NCBI GenBank assembly: GCA_002189035.1
Contig: NEEC01000016.1
Span: 2,046,001-2,110,000, forward strand
DNA length: 64,000 nt
From: Utricularia gibba
Taxonomy: Eukaryota > Plantae > Magnoliophyta
Direction of reading: 5' to 3'
Shown: positions 48,837-61,639 of the stretch, one piece after another
Numbering within the stretch: the first letter of the stretch is position 1
How the letters are laid out: every line of letters begins with the position of its first letter
Translations under genes and position numbers: made by a program
The notes under the pieces: generated by a model
Databases searched by the model: none
What the model was told of the DNA's origin: nothing
Seen by the model: only the letters and a program-made list of their open reading frames with translations

Positions 48837-51391
48837 CGTCCGATAGGAACCGCGAAGGAGAATTGATGATGCTTGGAACACATGGACTCAAGTTGATATA
48901 CAAAAAAATAATTAATTATACTCACAAAATTATAAATACAACTAAAATGTATAGTGGGCCGAAGTGGTCAAGGCATTGTGATGGGGGATAAATCGGTCGA
49001 GGGTAATCGGCTTCTAAAAGGGTGCCAAAAGAGACTCTGAGGGGATAGTGACAGTCGACAGACCGATATCTATCAGAAATCTGAAAGATATCTAACAGGT
49101 GGCTGATATCTGAAAAGCGAAATCGTATAGCAGGTACAGATTCGGTCAAATTCAGCTCTTCTATAAATAGAAGAAATCATTACGGAGAAGAGGTTCGACC
49201 CTAACCCTCCCAACCTGTACCTTTCTCCACCACCTCTATCTAGTAAAAACTTTCTCCGGCGAGCTCCGATAGCTTCATGGTTTTTCCGCCCTTCTACGGT
49301 TTCCACGTAAAAATCTCCACCTATCCTTATCTCTGTTTCTCAAATCGAACCAACCATAAAAAAAGCAAACACCACGAGGTACGAAAATATCGACGACACC
49401 TACAATCAAAAAATCGGCTCCGTCTCGTACTCCGATTTTCACCTTTAACATTTTCGTGCCCACCGTGGGGCAGATCTATTGTCCCATTTGAGAAACCCAC
49501 AAAAGCCGCTCACTAGGCATCAATCATGACGGAAAATAGCACAGCCACCAACACAGTCCATGATGGAAGCGCTAGCGTACAAGACCCCGGTCTTATGATA
49601 CCCAGTAGGGAACAACTGAAGGCCCTTCTAATGGAAATTCTCTCCAACTTTAGGGCACCTTCGGGGTTGAATTCCAATGCTCAAGAACGGACACACGAAA
49701 CCGCACCACGAGCAGAAAAGCGACCCCAATTTCAGAATATCCCCCGGACACAGAGACTGAATCCGAGACCAAGGAGGAGATTCTACGAAGAAAGAGGCAC
49801 AACCGAGTCATCTATGAGCCAGGAACAGATAGGGAAAACATGACTGGCGAAATCTTGGAAAAAAAGGGAAGAGGAGCTGAAGAGAGAACTAGACCAGATC
49901 CGCGAGAGGAGAAGGCTTATCGGTAGATGGACGTTACCAGGGAAAGAGAGAGCAGAGGCTTCAGGGACGCTTTCGATCAGAACATACGCACGGGGAGAGG
50001 GGATGTTTTGGCCGATATTGATCTAGCCTTGAGGAACGGAGTTGAAGGAGCAGCTGGAACCTCAACGCTACGTTTTGACCCTTTCTCGAATGACTTAATC
50101 GAGGAAGAGCCCGAGAGGGAACGAACGATGGAAAAGGAGACCCCATATCTCACGTGACTGATTTCGACATGAAGATGGCCACGGTCCGGTAATCGAAGGC
50201 CATGAAATGTAAGCTATTCGCTTGCTCACTCCAAAGGGGAGCGAAGACGTGGTTCAAGCAGTTGGAACCCTCTAGTGTGGGATTGTATCGGGAGTTGGTG
50301 TTGCTTTTCATCACCCAATACGCTGTCAACATTGAAGCCCCTCCTTCAAAGGTAGTACTATATTCTATTCAGTATGACCACCGAAAAGAGAGTTTGAGAA
50401 GATTCATCGACCAGTTCAACTACCTAGCACAAGATGTTCAATTGGACTTGAAGGAGAGGGTAGAGATAATGAAGCGGGCCCTAGGAACGTCGAAACTGGG
50501 ACAGAGTCTATCTAAGTCCCCACCGAAGAATCTCGGAGAATTACTACGGAAAATCATGAAGTACATCTGAGTTGACGACGACCTCAGGGCTGAAATGAAA
50601 AGCCGTGAAGAGACTCGTCTGGTTGCACAGCAAGAAGTGCAACCCAATCGGATCCCCCGGTTAAGCAAGCGCCATGAAGTGTATCAGGTGGAACCAACTA
50701 GGCCGGACACCTATTGTGAGATACACAAAACAACAAGGCACAATGATGTAGACTGCCGAAGAATGAAAAAGTTGGTTGAACAATATCATGCTGGTGGAGG
50801 GACAAATAATGCGATGCAGAACCTTACGCTAATGGCAGAATGGAAAAGGGCACATAATGAGCGTCCGAGGAATGAGGGTAACCGGTATTCGAAATTTCCC
50901 CAAAACCAGCGAGGGAAAACCCGAGAGCCAACAGGGGACCAAGTCCCGGAGGAGGACAAGATGTACTGGAAGTTCAAGGAACGCCTACCAAATGCAAGGT
51001 AGTCGCCCATATATTCGAGAAATCCATATGATATCCAGGGGAACCGAAATCGACGGATTCGGAAAAGCACAGAAGAGATATTTGGACGAAGCCAGAAGAG
51101 GAGAAGTTTTCGAAATCTGAAGGCACCCAATTGAGAAAGTCGCTTGGGGAAAGGAAGAGATTGTTTTCTCTTACGGAGGCTCTCCGATCGGCCTAGCTGC
51201 ACAAAAAGAACCTTTGGTGGTATTAGGGATATGTGGAATCTCCAAGGTAAGAAGGATTCTTATCGACCATGGGTCTTCCTGCAACATCATGAAAAAGGAA
51301 GTTGCCGAGCTACTGGCCTCGTCTAAAGATGGGGATATCCGTCCCATGTGCATGGAGTTATACGCATTCGACCAACGGGCCATACAGACGG

Positions 51392-52816
51392 TAATAACAC
51401 ACAAATTTTCATGTTTTAGGATATAAAAAATCATAAATTTTGAATTATTTTTAAGTGTTTATTTTATATTTTTAAGTATTTTTATTTGATTAGGAAAAAT
51501 ATGATTTTTGGCGTATTAGTGAGGCTAAATCAAAGGATTTAGCCCACCCCATGTCTAACCCGATTTTGGAGTCTAGCAGCAACCCAAGGATCAAGGAATA
51601 ATCTGGATTTCGTGCAAGTCACCAGGCTGTAGGGGGTCAATGAGTACATTGTCATGGTGGCAGTTTGCAGGTCGGGGTCAGGAGTAGCAAATCTGTCAGA
51701 AAATGTACTTGCGTTGTGCAGTGGGAGGCGAGAGAAAGATGAGGAGAGAGAGTCGCAAAAAAAGGGAGTGAACCCAGAATTTGCAGAGACCACAACTAAA
51801 GGGGTTTCTCCCCGACCCCAACTCGAAGACGAAGAAACTAAAGGTGAAGGAGGAAGAAAATGGATTTTTCTAGAGAAGAACCTCCAACTTGAAGGAAGAA
51901 GATCAAGACCCTGTTCAGCATCACACTTCTGGCCTGTGAACAGTGTCAGACGGAATCAAGAAACTTTACTGCTTTATTTTCGTTTGCTTATATTTTTAGC
52001 TTGTGCAACCAACTTCTATACAATGTTCTCATTATTTTCGTTGTTTTATGTTAATGCTATTCCATCTTACCTTCAAAGCATGAGTAGCTAAATCCTTGGA
52101 GTGACTTAAGGTGAAGCATGGTGGTGTTGGTCTATGAGTCTTAATAAAATTGACCATTGTTTCTTAACTCTTGTTTCTATCAAACCATGGGTAGACCTAA
52201 GGAGGGGAACAAGTAGCTTCACAACTTAAATGCTTGATTTAGAGGTAGACCAACAAATCAAGACGGGAGTAGTAGGTGTTAGTTCGGGATATAACCAGTA
52301 GAATCGGGTAGACCTAGTTCTATATGCTTTGCATGTGGGTAGACCTAATTGCAATGTTGGTGAGGATATGGGTGACTAGCTTTGCCGAAAATATGATGAA
52401 TGACCTGGGTAGACTTAGGTTATTTGAACTTGTGAGTGTAGGAACATGGTAGATTAAATTAGGAATATTTTCACCACACCACCTGTAGATCCTTAAGGCA
52501 CGTTAGTATTATTCTGAGTTAGAACTAGTACATGTTACCTTAGCGTTAAGACCTGATATTGTTTACTGATCTTGTTTATCAAACTTGTTTGCCACTATTG
52601 ATCCGAACCTAGATTAAGACTTACCATTACTTTGAAATTTACATCTTTTGAAATACATGACAAGCACAAGCTCCTTGTGATCGACCCCGAATTCCATGCT
52701 GCACTTTTACTTTAATTTTTATTTTGTGAGGATTAGGGATTATAATGTATTTGATATGGAAGTTTACTTTCATTGCTAAAATTTTAGCAACGACATGCTA
52801 AAATTTTTGTTTATCA
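51392..52816 (+). mobile_element. Solo LTR, family E, inserted in the Retand protease region
   Basis: Bounded by TAATAACAC...GTTTATCA. TSD GACGG (51387-51391) and GATGG (52817-52821), one C/T difference. The host frame resumes across the insertion. Confidence 0.92.
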
Positions 52817-55800
52817 GATGGTCAGGAAGATATCCTTAACCGTGACACTCGGCCCATCGGAGCGAAACCCGACTGAAAGATTGGCGTTTTTGATTCTGGA
52901 TTCAAAGATCTCATATAACATCATCCTCGGTTGACTCGAGATCAACCAATTCAGTATGTTGCCCTCAACCGTACATCTGAAGGTTAAGTTTCCAACATTG
53001 AGGGGCATCTGCACGCTGGATATCGACCAACCAGCCGCCCGATCCTGTTACGTGTCTTCCTGCCGAGACCCCTATGGGAAGAAGCCGAGAATAATGTTGG
53101 TGGAAAAGGAACCCTAGGAACCCCAGACAAGCAATGGAACCGGTGGGATACAAGTTGGTGCAACTAGTACCAGGAGATGCGCAGAAGGCAACCCGCATTG
53201 GTGCCAATTTGGACATCGAATTCGAGGAGAGGTTAGCCGAACTTTTGATGAAAAATGCCAATATTTTTTCCTGGACTACTACGGACTTCATAGGTATTGA
53301 TCGATCTATCGCTGAGCATCACATTGATACCTACCCGGGAGCAAAGCCAATTCGGCAAAAACAACGGCACTTTTCCTCAGAAAAGTGCCGAATTATCAAA
53401 GAGAAAATGAGGGAGCTCCTGGAGGCTGGTTACGTAAAGGAGATCTAGTACTTCGAATGGGTAGCCAACCCGGTCGTCGTCACGAACCTCTGGGGAAAAT
53501 GGAGAATGTGTGTCGACTTCACCCATCTCAACGCTTGCTGTGAAAGGAATCCTTATCCCTTGCCAAAAATTGATAAGCTGGTGGACGCTATTGCCGGATC
53601 CCGATTTCTGAGCACCATGGATGCCTATTTGGGGTATTATCAAATCTTCGTTTCCGAAAACGACCAGCCGAAAACCACCTTCTACACCAAGGATAGGGCT
53701 TACTGCTACGTGGCGATGCCCTTCGGTTTGAAGAATGCTGGGGCAACTTATTAGATGTTGGTGAATCAAATATTTTCTTCTGAAATCGGAACCTCAATGG
53801 AGGTGTATGTGGACGACATGATCGTGAAATCTATGAATGAAGAAGACCATTTAGCGTATTTGGACTCTTGTTTCTCTCTATGTCGGTTGTACGGGTTAAA
53901 GCTCAACCCATTGAAATGTTGCTTCGAGGTGCAAAGTGAAAAATTCCTTGGGCATTATGTGTCGGAGAGAGGAATCGAAGTTGACCCCAAGAAGATTAAG
54001 GCAATATGCGAAATGCAACCCCCATTGACAATCAAGGAGTACCATAGTCATGGGTAAATTGGCTGCTCTCAGCCATTTCATATCTCGGTCAATTGATAAG
54101 TCGACATCTTTCTTCAAGGCCCTACGAAAGGGAAATGCTTTAGAATGGAACGAGGATTGCCGGATTGTCTTTGAAAAACTCAAGGGATATCTCTCATCAC
54201 CCCCGCTTCTTGTGGCTGCGAAAGTAGGGGAGCCCCTAGGACTTTATCTATTGATATCGCCCGTTGCAGTCAGTGCAGTCTTGACGACCATCTCGGCAGA
54301 TAAACACTTACCAGTGTATTATGTGAGCAAGGATCTATGACCGGTCGAAACCCCATATACGGTGATAGAAAAATTCATCTTGGCTCTGAAGATGGCGGCC
54401 ACCAAGCTGAGGTCATATTTCCAAGATCGGCACATCGTGGTGTTCACCAATCAGCCTCTGAAGAATATCTTGTCTCGACCAGAAATTTCCGAAAGGGTTG
54501 CCAATTGGGCGGCTGAATTGAGTACGATGGATATTGAGTTTAAGTCGAGAACGGCAATCAAGGCCCAACCTCTTGCCAATTTTCTGGTCGAAATGACCTA
54601 GCCTATTGACCGTTTCGTGGAAGTCAATGACCGATGGGCCATGTACGTTGATTGCTAAACATACAATGATGCTAGAGGAGGAATAGACATCCGAACTCGG
54701 GACGGGGAACACATTTACATTACGGTGAAATTCTTTTTCCTTGCCTCCAACAATGTGGCCGAATATGAAGCCCTGATTGAAGGGATGAAAATTGCCAAGG
54801 TATTGGGAGTTGCGGAGCTCGACGTCTACACCGATTCACGACTTGTGCAAGGACATTTTTCGGGTGAGTACGAAACCCATAACTCTCTCATGGCCCTGTA
54901 TTGTGTTCAGGTGAAGGAGTTGGCGAAAACCTTCAAGGAGTTCACCCTATCGCACGTGGCACGCGAGGAAAACACCATCTTGCGATTTGCTGTAGGATAG
55001 CCTCGCCCGATTTGCTGTAGGGTTTCATGAGCTAAAACAAGGAAGTATGACAATTCGGTTGCGGGACCAACCCTTGGTGATCTTGCGAGTCGTGAACCAT
55101 ATTACCAAGCAACCAGGAAATGATATCTCTCCACAGCTGAGTCCCCTCGATGATTGGACATCACCCTATGTCTGATATCTACAAAACGGGGAAACACCAT
55201 CTGATAAATCAAAAGCCTGACAGTTGGAGATTAGAGCGAAGAGATATACATTGGTAAATGGGATCCTCTATCTCAGATCCCTAGATGGACCCCTATTGAG
55301 GTGCATCGAGACAAAGCACTCTCAAGAACTTATAACTGATCTGCATGAAGGGGAATGCGGCAGCCACGTAAGGATACGATCCTTATGCAGGAAAGCTTTG
55401 AGATCGGGTATTATTGGCCAACTATGAAGCGGGATATTATCGAGATGGTGAAGAAGTGCAAAGTATGCCAATACCATGCAAGTATAACAAGAAAACCGGT
55501 AAATGACCTGACCTCTTCTTCCATTCTCATGCCTGGTTGATCGGTGGGGAGTGGATATTATGCGGCTGTTCCCCAAAACCTCGGGCCAAAGAAAATTTGT
55601 CATCGTGGGGGTCGAGTACTCTCCAAATGGGTAGAAGCTGAAACCGTGGCAAAAATATCAGAGGAGATCGTTATTCGATTTATAAGGAGAAATATCTTCA
55701 TCCGGGTTCGGAATTCCTCAAGAACTAGTGACCAATAACGGGACCCCATTTGCTGAAGGAAGAATGGATGCATTCCTAGATAAATATTCGGTCAAGCACA

Positions 55801-55873
55801 ACTTCACCTCGGTGTATCACCCCAGAGCAATGGTCTCATGGAGGTAACAAACCGGACGCTCAGACTAGGTATG

Positions 55874-57324
55874 TGTTGGGTTTCTTGTAGACATCGTATG
55901 CCTCAAAAGCAGCGGAATTTTAAAAATTTTGAGAAACCCCCAACGTAGATCTTGGAATATAGTATACATCAGACATAGGGATGTTCAAAGTACCTTTTAG
56001 ATGGCTCCGTTGTTCACCAACCGCCAATAGTAGACGGCCTCTATGGTATCCACACGTGGAGCACTTCGTCGATAACTTTCTCAAGGCTCTTGAATACTGT
56101 TCGAATTTCTCAGGTGCTAGTAAAGAAAAAACGCCTCCTTGTGGATTAGTCTAAGAGAGCACGAAGACCTTGGAGCAGATCTCAAGATTTGAATATTTTT
56201 TTATAGATATTTTTTGACATATCAAATCATATCTATATGAGATCTTTTATTTTGAGTTTAATCAATATTAATCTCAAAATAATTCTCTATTTAATTTATC
56301 CACTTTACCAATTATATCTCATGTAATTGTGTCATTCTATTTTATATTGATGAGTGACTCCACTATTGTGTGACCCTATGGGCTTCCTCAATGAAGTCCG
56401 TAATAATGGATTTATTAATTAACTCTTAATTAAACAAATCTATCATTATCGATCATGAGTGATGTCTTGCAACATATCATGATCCCCAAGATTAAAGAAT
56501 AATCAGGTGAACTGATTGAGCCTTTCCATGACCAGCCACCATGCAATGAACAACTTTCATCATACTTATATCTCATTTGGTACTAGAACATGGGTGTGTG
56601 TCTTTCTGATGTATCGAACTTATAATTGCATTCAAGCACTAACACTCAATGACCTACTCAAACAATTCGAGTGTCATTACCCTTGGCCCAGGACTTACTG
56701 TTAGGCTTTGATGCAATTACTTGAGATATGATCTCATTGCTAACATGAGTGATGAATCCTTTATTGATCAATCAACTATCTCCAACCTTAAGAAGTCACA
56801 TCCCTACTCATCCATACTAGGCAAGCCATGGCTAGGTTCCCATTAGTAATGAGCGAAAATGTGAGTTTAAGATCAAGATAACTTTGTTGACCCCAAGTCT
56901 AAGCTTACTTGCATAGCTGTCATATTCGAGATCTTGCTACTGACACTTGGTTAGCTTCCCATAGTAGCATCTCGAAGATGAGTCATCCAGTGAATCGATT
57001 CTCTAATCGACACCCACACATAGGTTCTAGTAATCTCATTACATCAATTGTGAGAACAATTGCCTAAACTGTTTAGGGAACTCAATGTGTGCCAGCTTAT
57101 CCGTATTTGTGATGTCCTCATTTCACAAATACTCTAGCTAGGGAGATTTAACTTGATCATGAGTGCTTGAAGAATCTCACATTATGATCTCATCATAATA
57201 TCTATAGCACATAGATCATGTAGAGGATTTTATCAATGATATAAATTTGATCACAATTCAAAGTAAATATCAAAAGATAAGATTTGCCAATGAGTTGATT
57301 ATCTCTAGAACACATACACTAACA
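55874..57324 (+). mobile_element. Solo LTR (Angela-like copia by sequence style) inserted in the Retand integrase
   Basis: Bounded by TGTTGGG...CACTAACA. Perfect TSD GTATG at 55869-55873 and 57325-57329. The host reads NRTLRLG|MKTKIED across it. Confidence 0.92.
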
Positions 57325-58902
57325 GTATGAAGACTAAAATTGAGGATTTTGGAGGGTCTTCGGCAGATCGCTTGGATGAGGTGTTGTGATCGTATCGCAC
57401 CACCCCTTAAACCACCATAGAAGAATCTCCCTTCTTATTGGTGTACGAATCAGAAGCCGTATGCCGATTGAACTAACTCTGAAGAGCTATCGGGTGGAGC
57501 ACTATAATGAAGAGGAAAATGCTGACCTGCAAAAATTGGAGTTGGAACTGTTGGATGAAAAACGACAAAGCGTCCATAGTCGACTAGGGGCTTATTAGAG
57601 AAGAACAGAGAAGAGTTACAACAAGTCAGTATCTCCAAGGGAATTCTCCGAGGGAGATTTGGTGCTCCGAAGGATCCAACCACAGAGACATGTTGGGAAA
57701 TTAGAACGCAACTGGGAAGACCCTTATCGGATTTCAAGGGTGATCGGAAAAGGAGCTTATCGTCTAGAACAGTTAGATGGCATGGAATTCCCATGGTCAT
57801 GGAATGCATCACACCTAAGGAAATTCTACGCCTAACCTGCTCAATATCAATCTCCATCACATGTTTACGCAGCATTCGGTATTTTCTTCGTCAAAACACT
57901 TGAACGGCTATAAATTCCTCCAAAGTGGAGATGAGCAAACAAAACCATAAGCCCTGGCCGAGTCACGTAAGCCCAGGCAGACCCTCAAAACCTAAACCGT
58001 AAGCCAAGGCTAATCTCCTAAATCTGCACCCCCTACTGGATATAGCAAATCAACCCATGAGTAAGCTCCTGAACCAAGGCGCCAGTGACAAGAGTAAGCT
58101 CTGGTACAATTTGGGCACCGGTTTTCGTGAACCGCACGCGTAAGCCCTGAAAAGCCCTTAAGTACTAACCTTACTGTCAAAATCTCGAGACGGCAAGAGC
58201 ACCCAAAGCAAATCCACCCATGTTCAAAACAATGGGGTTTTCGCCAAAAGAGGGGACCGTTCGGATTGGGGAAGTCGCTCAACCCATGAGGGGTTCTGAC
58301 CTACTTCCCTAGCAGCGGTTCGGCTTGCATAAGGAGAGACTAAGGCAAACGGAAATCGAAAAGCCCAACCAAAGGGTTGGCAAAAGACACATACCCTCTA
58401 GATCATGCAAGCCCAAGCGAATATTCCAAATCTAAACCCCGTTATGGGCACAGCAAACCAACTCGGGGCTCACCCCAGAATGTGAAACCTCCTAAACCAA
58501 GGTGCCAGTGATAAGGATAAGACCTGTGTAATCCGGGCGGTTCCCCTAAACCAATCATATACACCTCGGAAAGCCCCAAAGTAAGGCTCTCGCCGTCAAA
58601 TCTAAAAACAGGAAATGCATTCAAAGCATATCCGGCTATACCCTGAAAAGCATAGATCTGGCCAGAAGAAGGCCTACTCAGATCGAGAGAGCAACTCACC
58701 CTAAGAGAGGTTCCGAGTTATATCCTTAACAACAATCGCACGTGAAAAAGGGGCCCAGCTAAGTGACTAGCAAATCGTGCAACTCACAAACCGAAAAAAT
58801 CAATGAAAACAAAAGCAGTACGTGAAAGTTGAGCAAACTAAGGAATGAGTCCCACATCGTGATTTCTAACATACAAAAAGCCCCAAACCGGGGACAGAGA
58901 TA

Positions 58903-60813
58903 TCAGTTCGGAAAAAAATAGAGTTCAGGAGGAAGAAGGGGGATTATCGGGGGACCAACGTGTCCCTCCATCCTTGCTCTCAGCTTAGCATTGTTCTCAT
59001 GCCCTATCCTCGCCCGAGTCAGCGCAATCAATCGCTCCCGATCAGCTTCAAACCCGAACTCCAGGGCCTGGAATGTATCCGTGATAACATCCAGCATGTT
59101 CTTATCCTTAGTCAGGGGATTATCCTGTCGAAGCGTGGATCCATGATTGACAGCCCGAATTCCCGGCTAAACTACCGTCGCTGCCGATATAGAAGCAAAC
59201 CAATTAGATCTCTGGCATAAATATTGGTTGAGCAACTCAACCTCCAAAGTCGAAATGCGACCCTTGGCATGTTCCAACTCCGCCTCCGTCTCCTCGAACC
59301 GTACTTTGAAGCCTTCTCTCTCCGATTTGGCATCGTCAACCGCCTTCCCCATCTCTTCAATCACAGTCTACAATTCTTCTTCTCGAAGCTCCCGTTTCTC
59401 AAGAATGCTCCTCAAGGAACTCCCTTCCTCCACCATCAACTTCATTTTGGCATCTTGGGCCTCAACGTGCTTCTGAAGTCGAAGAACCTCCTCTGATCGG
59501 GAACCGACCCCTTTGGCCATTCCCCATCCGAAGGTCAAGGCCTGGAGAAAGATTGTTAAATTAAAAGTCGGCTACAAATAGCACCGAGAAGGAAGAAGAT
59601 GAATACCTGCCAGATCCCCTTCAGCACTACTTCCGACTGAACATCCGGTGGATTCGGTACAGCTTCCTCCAACATCTTCCTTAATTCAGCCGGAAACGAA
59701 GAGGGGGGAAGCGTCAAATCATCCCTTAACACTATTAGAGTGGGATCCCTCTATGAGTCATTCGGGGAACCGAGGTAGAAGCGCTGATCGAGGAGGTCCC
59801 ACACCGAGAAGCGGGATATCGACAGGTCTAGGGGAAGGGGGGATTTTCTCTTTTCCCTTTCCGAATTGAGGAAGCGGAGTCAGCTCCCAAGTCCCGAAGA
59901 CCTCCACTACTTGATCCTCATCCTAGGAGAGATCGGCAGCATCCGGCTGAGCTCCACACGAACCAACCTAAAAGAAAAACCGAAAAAAGGTCACAATCGG
60001 GAATCCACGATAGCTGTTAAATAGAAGACAGACTTGTGTAGGGGAGGGCATCTCGGGCTCCTGCATGCTCTGCATCTTGGCAGAAAACCAGGCCATCTCT
60101 TCAGCTGCAAACGAAAGTCGGAAAAGCAATAAGGCATAGTGACGATTCTGAGACTCGGAAAAGCTGAACCCAACTACCTCTTTGCCTTTTAGAGGGTTTA
60201 TGAGCAAGTGCCTTAACCCTCTTCTTTTTCTTGGGGGACCCAGTTTGAACAGGTGGAGGAATCGGGGATGAAGCCAAAACGAGAGGGAAGATTGGAGAAG
60301 GGAGATCAACTGGGAAGTTCCACCGAAAACCCGAAGGGGGTGCTACCCAAACAAAAGAACACCACCAATCGTGGTGGGCATGAGGGGCTTTAACAATAAA
60401 ATTTGGGTTATCTTCGAATCGGCAAAACTGAAAATGAGATCAGCCATCCATCGGGGACTTCCTTTACGAATAGCTATCTTGAAGAGATGAAGAAAATCTA
60501 CCAGAGTCATAGTCGGATCCATACCGGCCGAATAGAAGAGAAAGGTAGTGAAGTAGAATATGGAATTCGGGGCGAGGTAGTAAAGCGAAATCACAAAGGT
60601 GTAGAGAAAATGGTTTATTAAAGGATGAAGTGGAAAGTGTAAACCACTTTCAAAATAGGCAAGCGGAATTGGGAAATTGAATGGAGGCAGGGGGTTCTCA
60701 CCTACCCCCCAAGGGATTTCGGTGTCCCGAGCATGAGAAAGTTGGTACTCATCAGGGATCGAGTATCGAATGCAAAGAGAAGGGATGTTCAGTTCGCTAG
60801 ATCTCTTACCCAT
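58903..60813 (-). pseudogene. Retand antisense accessory gene: Transposase_28-like N-terminus, coiled-coil C-terminus, two predicted introns, disrupted
   Basis: ATG at 60813 (MGKRSS). Motif IPLAYFESGLHFPLHPLI..LYYLAPNS. GT-AG introns at 60033-59968 and 59606-59542. The last exon 59541-58903 is a single frame with two TAG stops. Confidence 0.78.
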
Positions 60814-61639
60814 TTTCGGAAAATCGAAAGAAGCCCCAAACCCTAGAACGAGGCGGAAGTCAGAAAGGGTGAAGGACTCAGAAAGACAAAGGGAACCCGT
60901 CAAAAATCTCAGAAGACCGAACGGAAAAGACGAAAAACCGACTGGTACCTGAGGAACTGGCGGTTTCTAACGGTTATCGCGACGGTCGAGCGGCGGACGA
61001 GTGCGACGGAGCATGGAGAGCACAGAAATCTTGCGGGTAACAAAGAGAGTAAGGGAAAGAACTGACGTGAGGAGCGTTTATTTATGTGGGAGGGATTCAG
61101 GAGATGAAGCGTCGAGACGTTTGAGGTGCCTAGAGTGAGCCGAAAAAAACGTGGCGTGTTTATGAGCCGACGTGTGGCACAGGTATCGGTCCAAAGTGGT
61201 TTGTGGCTCATTCGTGGAAAGCGGTACTTCAAAAATCGGTACTGTAGTAATTTTGATTCCCCCACTTACCCCGAAAGGGCCAATGTCGGCAAATTAGAGG
61301 GGCTGAATGATGGGGGATAAATTGGTCGAGGATAATCGGCTTCTAAAAGGCTGCCAAAAGAGACTCTGAGGGATAATGCCAGTCGACAGACCGATATCTA
61401 TCAGAAATCTGACATATATGGATGTATGACACGGTCTGAAAAGCGGCCGAATTACGGCATAACAGGCGGCCGATATCTGAAAACTGAGATCGTATAGCAG
61501 GTGCAGAAAGCATCCGATACTTACAGCCTTTAGGATTCGGTCAGATTGAGCTCTTCTATAAATAGAAGAAATCATTACGAAGAAGAGGTTTGACCCTAAG
61601 CCTCCCAACCTGATTTTTGGTTTAGGGTTAGAGCAACAA

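Larger units (their letters stand above)
48979..61612 (+). mobile_element. Tat-clade gypsy element (Retand-like), nearly full length, with two nested solo LTRs
   Basis: 5' LTR 48979-49450 and PBS-like TCGTGCCCACCGTGGGGC. Then gag, protease, RT (YVDD at about 53807), RH, an additional RNase H (ASNNVAEYEALIEG..DSRLV) and integrase, in that order. A long 3' region with an antisense ORF, PPT AGAGGGGCTGAA, and a 3' LTR from 61308 truncated at about 61612. Confidence 0.93.
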
